Below are positions 32,201 through 45,990 of a stretch of 64,000 nucleotides of DNA, in pieces (the first letter of the stretch is position 1; each line of letters opens with the position of its first letter). The stretch covers positions 372,001 to 436,000 of the forward strand of contig JAQGDQ010000039.1 of NCBI GenBank assembly GCA_030141605.1. The letters are read 5' to 3'. The stretch comes from Tubiluchus corallicola. Taxonomy: Eukaryota; Animalia; Priapulida. The notes beneath the pieces were generated by a model. The model had not been told where the DNA came from. It made no database searches and saw nothing but the letters and a program-made list of their open reading frames with translations. The translations under genes were made by a program, and so were the position numbers.

Positions 32201-35200
32201 ATGTATCAATTGTGTTAAGCCCTAGAGCAAAAAGATGAAAACTGAAATATACGAGGACAACACCTAAATTAGACAAGGACAGACTTTGAATTGAGAAAAA
32301 TGTTTTACAGTATCAATAAGTATAATGAAAATGAAATGATAATAATTATTATCCCTGTTGCTTTACAAACACACTTGAGTATAGCAGTGACATCAGTGAA
32401 GCACACAGGTAAACATAATCTTACATCCCGTGCAACAGTGTAGCTAGCAAAGCAACTGCACTGGTAATAAAGGATGTGCAAAAATAATGTTGCTAGTGTT
32501 AAAACATATGTGAAAGAAATTGCTACGATTCAGTAGAAAAATATCAAGTATGAAAGCTATAATTTCAGACACATGCTTTGACCCAAAAAGTTTAATAACA
32601 AACGAAGTCTGCTGTACAATAGGCATGAAGAAGAATATGATCAGAGCAAGAAGTTCCAAGAGGTGAAAAAAGCAAGTATTGTATCATTGAGCCAATTGAA
32701 AACATTGATATTACAAATCCAACTTACAAGGTAATTTGTTAAAAACATGAGTGGAAAATTTACTTTGGTTTCATCACGTTTTCAAAGTAATTTCTACAAA
32801 TACTACATAAAATACAAAAACCTACAAGAAATAACACCACACTGGAAAAGGTGTGTCATGTATCTATAAGGACCTTACAAGAAGCTTATAACACCTGAAG
32901 AGATCTAGAAACTGATGATGATGGGGGGGAAACTGTATTATCGGTACAAATAACAATTAGTTTAATCTCGTTTTTGTAATCTTTTTCACGGACCTCAAGA
33001 CTGCTAAATTTTTAAACATGAGTATTCATACCTATACAAAATCAATTTAAGGCACTGCGTAAAAATCTCGCAGATGTTTTAAAGTGGAAAAATATGAGTT
33101 AAAAGAAACCAACCATGAGGTGTAGTGGATGAAAATTCTTGGTGGTTATTTCTAGCACCATTCACAAGCAAAAAATAAGAATACTGCACTGCCACACAGT
33201 ACGTGCATGTAACATAAAAATCACACTAACTGCTGAGCTAAAACACACACCACTTACATCAGATAAAAAAGTTATGTTTGTGTTTTGTTTGTGTGCTATG
33301 TCTGTCCCAAATTGCTAAAACCGCAAATGCAAAATTAACGAATAGCTAGGTCAACTGTGCCAGTCATATTTACCCTTTCCATAGAACGAGCTCTATCAGT
33401 ATGGCTTACTGCTAAAGAATGAGCTGATGATCTAGGAATGCTTGTGTGGCTTAGCCTATCAGCCGGACTTGCCATACCAATGTTGCCCTTACCAGCAGCA
33501 TCTTGAGAGAAATCACTAAAAAATGTTTACAAGTGAAACAGTGAGAAATTAAAATAACACAAATCGTTCCTGAAAGCAAGGGTGAGAAGACGCAAAATTC
33601 TGTAAAGTTAATGACTGTTAATTATTGATTACTAATCTGATTATTAGCTACTAACAAAAGTTTTCAAATTACAGCAAAACTGTCCAGTCATAGATCATTG
33701 TAGCTGATTTACTTACTACACACAGCCTAGAGAAAAGCTAAAGTTGTTATTTAACGTAGCTCAGCAGATCGGTAAGTTTGGGAGAAACAGTGGTTTTTCT
33801 CTAAATGCAGTTGCATTATTTTGAAAACCTGCAGTGTTCTGTATCTTTCATAAACTTTACATGTTTAGTGCTGGAGCTGAATGTTTAATGGCTGTGGTGT
33901 TACGAGCAACTTTCCTAGACAACGCACAGAAAGGGTTATTCTGGTGCAGTAACAGCATATGAAACTCAAGGGCATTCTTAGAAAAAAATTCGTTTATGCC
34001 ATCATTTCAAAAAAAGAAAATGGGGCTCAGCGACTCAAAAAACGCATACAATTTGTGACTTCACCCTCGAAACAAATGACCAAAATGTTAAAAAGGTAGG
34101 GCACCAGAAGTGTTTTTACCCCCACGCACTGCAAATACTTGGTATGACGCTCAGTTTGAGGCATCAGTAAATAATAAACATTTTGGCAAGATCGGTATAA
34201 GGCAAGTTTCACTTACTTACAACTTACATTAAGAGTAAGGTTAACATTTTTTAGCAAAACGAAAGGAATTTTGTTGTTTTGATTACAGTTTGGATGTATT
34301 ACTATTCTAATAAGAATACATGTGTGTTTTGCTTATTAAAATGCATCATGTGTAAAAGCCCATCATGGTCTGTGTGCGTAACATTTATCTCAAACGTTAA
34401 AAAATGTTGAATGTTCTTAGTAGTCAATAATGACTGTCCAGTTGTTGGCAAGCATTTTGATATTGATGATAAATGCTGTCAGTATAGCAGGCTTCTCTCA
34501 CCTTGACCTCGATAGCTAAAAGACATTTAAATAAGTAAGAGGCACTCAATAGAGATGCAGAGTGATACTCTGGTCAAATTAACAAATCATAACAAAAACT
34601 TAAAAATAGCAGTTCTGCAACCAAACACACGGTTTATTGATATATCAGCTAATATAATAGTGAAACTACACATTAAATATTTTAACTGTTACTCCCAAAT
34701 TGTCATAAAATTATTTACAATAATTACAATGGCAACAATTATGGCACAGTATTTTAAATGAGGATGTTACTGAAACTAAAATTACAAACCAAAACCATCA
34801 TTTATAAAACATAAGAAATTGAAATGAAAATAAACCGAAACCATTTTTGCAAAACCAACTACTATTAAAACTGAAAAAACAAAATTCTGGAATAGATAAA
34901 ATACTTTGTTTATGTTTATTTGTTACGTCAAAAAGAATGAATAAATTTTATTTTGTAAATACTTTTTGCCTACATTTTATAAATTATAAAAATAAACTTG
35001 GTTTTGTTCAAATTACACTTTTATATTTCAGTTTGTGCTTGGAAATCTTAAAGCTTCGAAGGCACCGAAGACACGCTACACTGCAGTAAAAGACTGGCTT
35101 AACGTGCACACTATACAAAACCTTCACTTTATTTAAACTATTTTAGCCAATATTTTTCAGCGATATTTAACATCTAGCGATATTTAGCATCTAAGCTGGA

Positions 35201-38200
35201 CGAATACTACTTAAACCTCAGAAATACTACCGAAGTATATCAAAAGTTTCGGCTGCGAAACGTAATAAATTTCGAATAAAACAAAACCGAACGGAAAGTG
35301 CAATTATCGTCAAACCGAAACGAAAATTTCATTTTGGTAACTGCTATGATTACAAGAATACTTACTATGAAGATTTAGGTCTGGATAAATCTACTTCGCT
35401 GCGTTGCCCACCAACGTTAATGAGAGTTACTGAACCAGACATACGATTTTCTTGAGAAAGCTTCATATTCCTGAAGTAGTAAAAGTGATGATATGAACTA
35501 ACTTGTGTATAAATTGTAAGTGGTTGACTTCACATGAAATTTATTTATTTACACATTATATATTTATTATTTATTAGGAACAAAAATAAATATATACACT
35601 TTATACATGAGTAAAAATAAACAGAAAAGTTATATGGTCATGATCAATACAAAGGTCACAGTTGTGCCTACTACTATGCACCATGGATCACAGCAAAGAA
35701 CTAAATCCTCAAACAGATCACTGCCTGTCATCCATCAAATATGATAAAAATAATAATATCTATCCATCATTATAAATCTCAATAATATAATAGAAAGGTC
35801 TTTTTACACTTAAGTTTTCACTTTTATAACACTGACAGATCTAAACCAAATTGCAGACAACAGTTTTACCTGTTTGCATAATCGTTTTTTAACTGCTGCA
35901 CAAGCTTCTTCACCGAAGGATTGGAAGAGGAGGCATACTGCTGAATGTCATTAATATAATCAGCCAACACATTCCGCCGTATGTCAGTGATGTTCTTAAT
36001 CTCCCGAAGTAGAATAGCTCGATTATTTTCGTCTTCAACTGAGTGCAGTTGTGACGTGAGATAGTTTAAACTGTTCTTCGCATGCTCCTAAAATGGAAGG
36101 ATCAGATATGTAGTTCTCACAGAAACAATAATGAAAATAAGTTTTCTATAAACTACGAGAGCACAGGATCCATGTTTGCCAAATGAGGCGTTGTCAAGTG
36201 AACACAAATATGTTGTCTGGTACACTTAACCTTTGACCTTTTCGCGATCATCATCTATCGCTGAAACTGTGAAAAGGTATATTCTAAGAGTCAACATATT
36301 CAACCTGTTCATAACAATTTTGCGATAGCCATTGTTTGTAGGTCAAAATAAAAAATAAATAACATTAAGAGAAAAGGTTCTAAATGAAAATGAAATCAGA
36401 CCACCTCCACAAACTAAGTAAGTTCTTCACAGCAGGTACTCCAGCTTTGCACCACAATTTAATAATTAATGACATCACCATCAACTGATCTTTAAAAAGT
36501 CACATTGAGTACAATGCAGCTTTAAGACATTACCTGACTAAGACGACCGACTAGACCCACCACTCTCACTACCAGGGATAGCGTGGCCGGCTGCTCTGCT
36601 GCCGTTTGCTTTAACACTTGCACACGTTCCGTAAACGGTCCCGGATTGGCTGAACACATTTCTATGAAGATCTGAAGGATGAGTGCTGATGTCTGGCTTG
36701 ACTGCAGATAGTTGCACAGCGTCTGAATGTTACCCTCAAGTAGCTGAAACAAAGCAGAGTTGTCACGTTATATCATTCATGTCGCTCATTCATACAACAT
36801 TTTAATCATATTTTAAATACAGTAGGCGCTGCTTAATAGACTCACTTTGGGACCGAAGTGTTTTGACCCAATTAACAAACCGAACCTATTAACCTATGGG
36901 TGTAGTATTACTGGAATAGAAGTATGAATCATCAGCTTAGTATGCACTGCAAAAATTTTTAATGAATTTTAGAAGCGAAGTAATGCCTAAATTCCTTTGT
37001 GCAGTTAAAAACTACAAAAAAATATTTTAAAATATTAATTTATATAAGTGAATTAGCAATAAATTAAAAAGTATACTTTTCTGAATCACACAAGTCTGTT
37101 TATTTGCAAAAATTACAAAAATTCCTTCAAAGTCGGCTGCTTCATTTTATCGCGAAGAAGTTGGCTCACAAAGTTCTCATAATGATAAAAAAGTTGAAAA
37201 TCTATTATTGCATGATGCACAAATTCTCGTAAAATACTTAGTGCCTGGCGTGCTTAAACGCCTAAGCTCCAGCTTGTTATAATTGTGACGTACTTACTGT
37301 ACTATACCTGCATCCCTAGCATAACAGCAACATCTAACTGATTAAACTTTCTGGCAAAGACAGTCAGAGCTTCAAAAGCAAACCACTAAGAAAGTGATTA
37401 AATGTTTAGCTTCCAGGAATTCTTGGGTAACCAGGTTAATTGCAGTGGATGAGCGGGTCAAAGCAAACCATTAGGCTAGCATAATTAGCGTATGATAAAC
37501 GTTCCTGCTTACAAACAAAACAGTACTTATCATGATTGTCTCTATGTATGTTATAGGACAAAAGTGAACTAAGATGATATAAAAGTCATAAAAGCTTATT
37601 AGTCACACGACAGTGTCTGATTGGAGCATTTGAAGCAAAAATGTTGAGTCGATCATGCAGAGTTATTAGAGTCAATTACTGACAGTTTTTATGTACATTT
37701 GAATAGAAGCGGCCCATATCGGCTGTTTTTGAGTCAATTAAGCGATTGAGTTTATTAATCGTGAGTCTATTAAGTGGCGTATAAGATGTGAGGTGTTTGT
37801 CTCTAGACTATTACTTTTACCTTATACCCTCCACTATTACTGTGCATTTCAATTTGATTTTTATAATAGTCTATAAATGTTATAAAAGCAACGATGATGA
37901 CGACGATGACGCCGCCGACAACGATGACGATAATAATAATAGCATATAAAATGCGATGAGCTATCACTATCATTTTTCAGCTATCATTATCATTATCAGC
38001 TATCACTATCATTTTTCAGCTATCATTATCATTATCAGCTATCACTATCATTTTTCGACTCACTATTTATGTGCGGTTTTTATTATAGTTATTGCTTCTT
38101 TATGCCACACGATTTGTTGCAGCTATCGTCTCTCATGGCAGGTTTTAATCCTATTATTATTTGTTATTAGTATCCAAACTATTATACGTCTTTATGTCTT

Positions 38201-41200
38201 ATACTTTCGGTTTCAAAAGTAGATCTCTATTCTGTTTTTGTTTGTAGGTTTTGGTCTGCTGAGGATGGTTGCTATGACAGCATGGCTAAGTTTTATGGCT
38301 AAGTTTGCTGCTTCGTTGGTGTTATTATTTCTTACTATATTTACTTCTACTCCTACAGTTTTAATTTAGACAAAATCAAGTATAGTGCATTCACTGTCGG
38401 TCCTACCCAGAATGCGTGACATGAGTCAGGTGGACTAATCTTAAAACTGTGTTAATTTACCATGAAATTTCATGAGTAAACAATGCAATGCTATTTTGTG
38501 CATAAATAGAGAGTAGACAATGTGTACACTTCAACAAAAAGCAGCTGGCACTATATAATTTTGGCCCTCTATTTCTGTGGCAGCCTGAATAAAGGTATGT
38601 AAACATACCAATCTCTAGCCACTAGTTTGCAACAAATCTAGAAACTTTTTAAGGAAATTACTGTGTATCTTTTTTAAGGAAATGTGTATAAATTTGACAA
38701 AATTTTAACATCTAGTAAGTTTCAACCCACTAGAGGTTCATGCAAAAGGTCAGTGAAAATCGATGAAAAACTGAGATAAAATAAGAAGTCGCAAGCAAAT
38801 TTAAAGTTTTTACGAAATGTGCATCTAAAACATGATTTCTAAGAAAAGCCAGATAGTCAATTGAAAAGCAAAACTAGGTAAGCTCATCACTGATTCAATA
38901 ATATCAGGTGAAAATTAAATTATAAAGTTTGACATATTCTACAGAAACAGCTGCTATGAAACCACACTCACGACAACGACATGTGATAATTTCAATGATT
39001 TCAAACTCCAAATTTAATATAAAAACTCAAATTGCTAGGCACTTTTGAAAGTAAAAAAACAAGTCTTCATTTGATCTAGTAAAAATTATTATCTTTACAA
39101 TATACCTTAATATTTATTGCATAACATATGCTATCTTTTACATTTATAAAATTGATGCTAAAATTGATACCTGAGGACTATCTTTTGCAACGAGCTCAAG
39201 TAGATGTAGCAGATTGGTTTTTTCTGTGTTTTCGCATTTTGGCAAAAGATTGATAAGCGTTGTAACATTGTCATTGATTGGCTGTTTATTCTGAGAGTAA
39301 ATCTGAGGCAGAACTCGAATCAGTGAAATGTTACCTGAAGTAAAAAAACATTAGGTATATATTTTAGGTATCTAAAATTACTGAATAACTTATTAGTGGG
39401 TGTGAATGAATATAGAATTTCATTTATTAGCAGTGTAAAAATGTAACTGTAGGCACCCTATAAAGGTAACACATACTGATGAACGACTGTGGGGTGATAT
39501 AATACTCAAGTTTCTTATTAACATATCACACGAGGTAACTAGGCACCTACAAGAAAACCAATAATATGGGCATGGTTTCGCTCAAAAGCGCAGTCACACA
39601 ATTAGTCTTGATTTGTAGCTGTCTAATTAATTACTAAATTCGAAGTAAAAATTAAAGTGCAAGTGCAAAAATTAACGAGCATATTCCAAATTTATGGCAG
39701 TTTGGACACAAACCTGTCAATAATAATGAATTAGCGCAAACATGTTAATGATTCTCGATCCTTTCTGATACTTCACACCTTATATATCAAAGATACATTG
39801 TCAAACAATTTAAGACTGCAGACATCAATTTCAAAATAAGCAGTCCAATGTACGAAGGACTGTGCCAACAAGATCACCTGCTGCACAGGTATTCTATTTA
39901 CACTGTATAACTGCAAGCACACACCTGAAATGCCAGTAAAATCTTAAATATCAGAGTATTATTATTAACAGCCAAACAAATCAATCAACTAAAATTTTGA
40001 TTAGGAATGCATCATATCCAATATTGCCGGTTTCGGATCGAATGCGGATCTGTATGTGCTAGATCTGGTTCCAGATATACAAATTAATTTAAACAATATT
40101 TCATTGGTTTAGGCCTTCGTTCATGTGGTGGCATTGCATGCCTGTCCATTTTCGGGGTCATTGAATAATTTTAAGTAGAAACACCGCAAACATGGATGTA
40201 CTATAATTTTGAATACTTGACTGGAGCTTGGTTACAACTAAAAAAACGCAAAGCTATGTTATTACAGGATTGAGATGTCTCTACATGTTTAGTAGACATT
40301 TTTGCAGTAATAGCGCTATCTTTGTGCGCTATTTACTTTCGTAAATTTCTGAAGATTTTAATAGGAATCCTCCAAATTCTTTACAAAAATTAATACGATT
40401 CAGGTAATTAAACTGTTACGTATGTTTTTTTCTTACCCACTGTAATTTTTTTTCACAATCGATAGCTTTACACATAGCAAAATAGAAATACAAACAGTGC
40501 AAAATTCCACAAACATTTTTGCCAGATCCGGATCCACAAAAATTACCGGATAATTTTGATTATTATTTTCAGTTAATTTAATACTGAACACGTTTACCAT
40601 GCTTGATGCTATCGATGAGTGGATGCATATGCAGTGCCAGTAAATCAGCATTCATTATAGCAGCGAGAGAAAGATAAGATGTCAAACTTCGGCACAGCTC
40701 CTTGTTTCCTTTCTGCAGAAACTTTACTGCTATTGGAATAGCAACTTTCATCACAGATTTCTTAGAATAGTTCTGCAATAATGGCACAAAATTAGTATGG
40801 ACTCTCAAATGACCACCTGCCTAATTAGTTTGTAATTATTAAAACGTTATTATGCAACGTTTAACAGAAAAGAAAAATGAATAAAATGAATAATTAAATA
40901 TAACTGTTAATTTACTTGAAAAAGCAATGCTGAAAGGTTCAATTTCTTAGTAACTTAACTTGCTTAAGACAGATAATATAATTTATTCAGCTAAGTTAAT
41001 GATTTGAGGACTGTTTTCACCATCTTTTAGAAATGTATGCAAATTAAAGAGCTCTTCAACAAAGCCAAAAACTTACTAAGAACACACAGCTGAGGATATC
41101 AGAAGCGATTTTCGCATGAGGAGAGTCCGAATCACGAGAGGACGGCTTCAAGTCGTGCTCCAAGCAAGAACTAAGTAGAGACATGAGTGACGGTGCATGA

Positions 41201-42710
41201 GTTTCAATTGTGTTTGTGTCTCTGTAAAATTTACATTATCTTATTTTACACTTAAGGTGCAATGTTTAAGTTAAATAATCTGCCGTTACTATTCAGTTAT
41301 TCCATTCAATTTGAATAACTTTAATATCACATAGACAATACAAAGCACTAAGAGAATCGAAGGCAAAAAACCTTTCCATTTAATTAAATATACAGATTAA
41401 ATAATAATTATATATTTCAGAACAGCAAAATCACAAAACAATCGAATTCACATCCGTTACATCACATGTTCGGCAACAGCAGATAAAAAATGTATAAGGC
41501 AAAAATAAATCACACTGCATCAAGGAGTGAAGAAAATTATCACACCTGTTTACTGACATTATATGCCATTAAACAGCTTAAATGAGATTACACAAATAAC
41601 TTTTATTTCCCAAAAAACAAGAGGACAGAAAAGAAAGCATTTCTGACAATTTTTCTGAACGTGAGACCAAAACTGAAATAATTTCAACCTGATAGCACCG
41701 ATGACACGTGTGATTGATATTTCCACAACGCTCTGATCATTGTCTAAGATGGCGTAGTCCTTTTCATTGGATATGTTCTGAATTGACTGCAAAACTGCTG
41801 GAAGATCATTCACTGCAACAAAAATAATTATAATCAACAACAGGGAAGCCAAAAAAATAGACTCTATTCAAAAGAACAAGCATTAATTTTAAAAGCCCAT
41901 CAAAAGAAGCCAATTATCTTCGAGCATGCAATTGACGATGTCTGTTTCCACTGCTTCTCTTCCATTGACTAACAGTGTTATTTATGGTATTTAATCTACA
42001 TGGTACTTATTTTTTCTCTATTGTATTCTATTTGGGTCTTAATTATTGTTCTTTAGTGCACCATTGGTTTATTTTATGTTTATCTTTTGCAAATAACACT
42101 TGTAAACAGATGGGCTTATTGTTCAAGCTGATGAAATTAACTTTGTGCATAAATCATAAGTCAACTAAGCAGCTTTAAAAGCTTTCACCAAATGCAATAA
42201 TTATTTAGCATAGAAACAGCAAATTCTAAATTGGTCTTCTCCTGCAACTAACTGAGATAGCAATAACTGTAGTCACTTAGTTTTGCATCTTTCAAAATTT
42301 TGAGTTCCTATGATGATGTGATATAACAATGTGTGGGTATAAGCAGATATAAACATTTCTGGGTAAACACATAAAAATAAATCAAGCTGTTGTATTCTAC
42401 TCAATTGCTGAAGTACAGAAGTATCTTGAAGTCAATATGCCTATGCCACATTTACTTGAAACCATCGTGCAAAAAGTAAACGAAAGTGATTTCATAAAAT
42501 TAAACACCATTATAATGTGAAAATGCATATATGCAGTATCTGCCATTGTCTGATACGTGTGAATGATATGTGTATACAAGTTTCAGTACCAATACTAACC
42601 ATTTTTGTTAAGATAAGATTCATACCTATTTCCTCATCTTGTAACATGAACAGATCTCCAGCTTTCGACAGATCCCTTTTGTCCAATACTTGCGTGAATA
42701 GATCGTGCAT
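26273..42710 (-). CDS. VEPH1: Melted / ventricular zone-expressed PH domain protein, about 796 aa
   Basis: Exons (minus strand): 42710-42626, 41812-41689, 41221-41077, 40772-40598, 39334-39171, 36743-36534, 36087-35870, 35470-35366, 33515-33374, 31491-31360, 30908-30773, 29979-29840, 29079-28951, 28074-27928, 27575-27474, 26509-26273; phase-consistent, 2391 nt. N-terminus [65 protein letters not shown]; C-terminal PH domain [25 protein letters not shown]...[11 protein letters not shown]. The central low-complexity exons are less certain. Confidence 0.93.
33570..34150 (+). mobile_element. Second, more decayed copy of the MITE family at 23031
   Basis: Shares TCATTGTAGC..., TTTGGGAGAAACAGTGG, AGTGTTCTGTATCTTTCATAA and TGCTGGAGC-GAATGTTT. 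Confidence 0.75.
34760..35346. mobile_element. Non-autonomous TIR element with CCGAAAC subterminal repeats
   Basis: Imperfect TIR GTTACTGAAACTAAAATT / AATTTCATTTTGGTAAC; repeated AACCGAAAC. Confidence 0.45.
36818..37783. mobile_element. Tc1/pogo-type non-autonomous element
   Basis: TACAGTAGGCGCTGCTTAATAGACTCAC at the left; complementary GTGAGTCTATTAAGTGGCGT at the right. Confidence 0.65.
37959..38057. repeat. 39-bp tandem repeat, about 2.5 copies
   Basis: AGCTATCACTATCATTTTTCAGCTATCATTATCATTATC repeated. Confidence 0.85.
40002..40560. mobile_element. Decayed MITE with CCGGATC subterminal motifs
   Basis: TAGGAATGCA...CGGATC cluster at the left; CCAGATCCGGATCC...CCGGATA at the right. Confidence 0.4.
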
Positions 42711-43493
42711 GTTCAAACGACAATTTGGTTTGTTGTTTCACATAGCTTAGCCTGAAACAGCACACTTAAATCAACTGTGACATTTACACCTAGCAACTAC
42801 TTTAGTAGTTACTAGTTAGTACTACTAGCTAGTAAATGGGACTGCAAGTCTGCAATAGAAAGACAAATACGTTGACATGAAAATCGCAGGTGAATGAAGT
42901 TTTTTTAATTAATTATAATTATGCATCTTCTATAATTAATACTTATTAGAACATGACATAAATACATAATTTAATTTCTCTAGCCATAATAACAATACCA
43001 ATAAAAAATCGCACAACGCACTGCCTGGGCCTGGTAAGTTTGGAATGCAGTGCATCAGTCGTACATTATCCAAATTTACAAATGTTTTAAGGCAAATCAA
43101 AATTCACAAAAATCGTACAAAAAATTGCCAACTTTTACTACTACGTATAATTACAATACGGGAAACCACGACGCAGTCTAAAGTGCGGTTTAAACACCAG
43201 CGGCCGCAGTATGCGCTCCGACGACCATGCGCTTCGCTTTTTTGTGTCAACCTTTAACTTCAGTTTTGCTTGCAGTCATTTTCTCGCTTTCCAACTTTAA
43301 GTACGTCTGGGCGAACATTAGGTGAAAAAATTGACTGTTTGTTATAACAAACAAGGTTAGTGGTACTATTTAATGATACAATGAATTATTCAGTACACAG
43401 CACCATAAGATAAGGAAAGGGTAATAAGAAAGTGAAACTTGCCATGATCGTAATCGATAAAGAAGACAAAGTGTCCTTTATGTCCCAAAAATT

Positions 43494-44220
43494 TTTATTT
43501 TTCACGGAAGTTTTCTTCCTTCATGGACTTCGTCAGGTGAAAGGTAAAGATACAATAATAAAAGTTGTAAAAAATTACAAATAAAACTACAGTACATGTA
43601 AAGTGTAAGTATACGATAACATTAAAACTAAAAAGGGATCAAAAATTCATTAAGAAGCTGCATTAAAAACTAAATTAAAAGAAACATTACAATTGCTAAT
43701 TAACAAAAGACAAAATCAAAATGAAACTGGCAAACATAATAATCTCAAGTCTACCTGTATGGCCTAGATCTTGAAAGACAATTAAAGCTGACGTATTTGC
43801 TTTACAAACGTTTAGTCTAACCAACACGTGACGTGTGATGTACTATCAGGAACAAATAAGTAAAGACAAATGTTTGTTGTATTTTAAAAGCCAATATTGC
43901 ATCTGGTAGATACTTAGCTTTTTCTTTAAAGATGGCTGATAAAGCAGAATTAAGCAAACTTGTCTGCAAAACAGCAGACAGACAGAATAAATAAATCAAT
44001 TACAACTTAAAGCCACATTAATAATTCATACAGGTCAAAATTAAATATCGATATCATTTGTACATAGATGAAATTAAAAAGTGTATATTTTTTCAGATAA
44101 CCTACTTGCAAAATAGTAGTGTAGTAAACATCATTTCAAAAGCAATTTCTTCGTAAAAACAGTTGTTAGATTGCTACTAAGAAAGTAGGTAGGGCTGACA
44201 ATAAAAATGCTTCTGTTTCC
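43494..44220 (-). mobile_element. Penelope-like element 3' relic with a minimal hammerhead motif
   Basis: Minus strand TTTCAC-CTGACGA-AGTCCATGAAGGAA-GAAA-ACTTCC-GTGAAA followed by AATAAA; coding remnants upstream are faint. Confidence 0.5.
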
Positions 44221-45789
44221 GTCTAATTGCACGGGTAATATTGTTTTATCGTACGTAATCGTATCTTTACGTATGTTAATTACGTATTTTCTAGTTTTGT
44301 AAATTAGCTCAATTTAAAAAAATGTTACCATGCCTTTTGAATAATCTTAATTCAACATCAACCAAAAACTTTGAAATTTTACTATATGCTATCTAAGAAC
44401 ATTTTGGAATTAGAAATCTGTAAATTTTACGAGGCTTTCACCGTACACCTGAAGAAATAATAAAAATTAAATATCTGACGAATGGCGTGATGACGTACCA
44501 GATCTTCAGTAAGTGATTACGTTCCCTAGGCAATGACGTCATAAATAATTACTCTTTACCTGATTGACAACCGCGTCTCTTTGATACTTATACCTAACAA
44601 ATCTGAAGAGAAAGAGATGCTGTTACTCAAACAAAAAAGTGGCGGAACATTGGTTTGCCTTAGGATGCACGTCCGAGGAAGACAGGTACACAGATTTAAA
44701 AAATATCGTTGGTATAGAATTTCTTTTTCTTTATTTAGAAAAAATAATGATAAATAGTTTGGAGAAAAATAGATGTGTTATACAGTATTAAACTTAAAAT
44801 TCGAGAAAGAAACATAGAAACGTTTAAATGAGGACCAAGCGCTTTTTGTCCTGGTTAAAAAGAGAACCACAAAACTCGGTTAAGGCTTCGCGTTTATTCA
44901 ATATCCTAACATCCAGAAGCAAAGGCGAACTATTGACGCAGACTCCGGCTATTGGGAGAGCATCTTTTTATATTGGCCTGTGTACCCATCAGAAAGGTTT
45001 TCGTCAATTAACATTCAAAATTAATAAGACCTTGAGGAGGCCAACCGTTTTGGTTGGACTCCTGTTCCCCGAAGAGCTGTTTTTCCAGGAGCATTCCATG
45101 CGTTCGCCGTTCATTCCTCTACTGACTCGTCTTTCATGCAAATCAGAGGAAACCCCAAAGGAGATGGTTCGTCACATTATTACACTGAGTGTTAACGCAC
45201 ACCGAAATTGAATTGACTGCAGTCTTCAACAGAAAACCAGCGATAATCAAACATACAAACAAACGCATAACGTTACTGTAAATAAGTGATCTTCCGTTTT
45301 TATTTTTAGTTTTTCACATTTCACAGATAGATTCAAAATTTGAAAATAATCTGGCTATAAATATAATAATTTTTAACCAGCGAAATAACTTTTGCGTTTT
45401 TACTACAGTACTGTACTGGTGTACTGTACTCTCATTATCGGCTGCTCCGCTGACACGTGTCATGTTCTCATATTACTTCGCCTAACTATTACGAGCGAAT
45501 TTAATTAAACACTTTACAAAAATTCTGAACAACCAGAAGATATAACTGAGATAACCATCAATTCCAATCGTTTAAATTTATAAGAAATTTAATCACGTTT
45601 AAAGGGACTAGTTTTTTGGAAAACGTGTTGTGACCTTCCTTCCGGATCCCATCAAAAGGGGTGGGTAGTGTATCGTCATAGAACCAACTCAACAATAATA
45701 ATAATGCCTAACATGTGAGGCAGCAAGTGCCAGCCACCAACGAGTGTAAAGCTACTTGGGTTATTCTGGATTGTCGACTTTGATAGCAT

Positions 45790-45990
45790 TGGAACCGGGT
45801 CACCCGGTTGTGCTTGCTTCCCACTGGGAGGTCGCTGGTTCAACTCCCGACCTTGTAATACCAAATACTTAGAAAATGGTACTGCTGGTTTATCGAGGTA
45901 ACATGCGGGTAATAATATTCGGGACCATCTTGGAAATAAGTATTGAGGTACTTATAAAGTGTTATCCGTAATCTATGTCTTAAAAGAAAT
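45790..45990 (+). mobile_element. tRNA-derived SINE relic
   Basis: B-box GGTTCAACTCCC at about 45837, SINE-like body ATACCAAA..AAAATGGTAC and an (ATT)n tail. Confidence 0.55.

Noticed and set aside
44828-45211. 127-aa plus-strand ORF as a gene
   Set aside because: No recognisable domain or splice context; more likely the antisense of a repeat relic.
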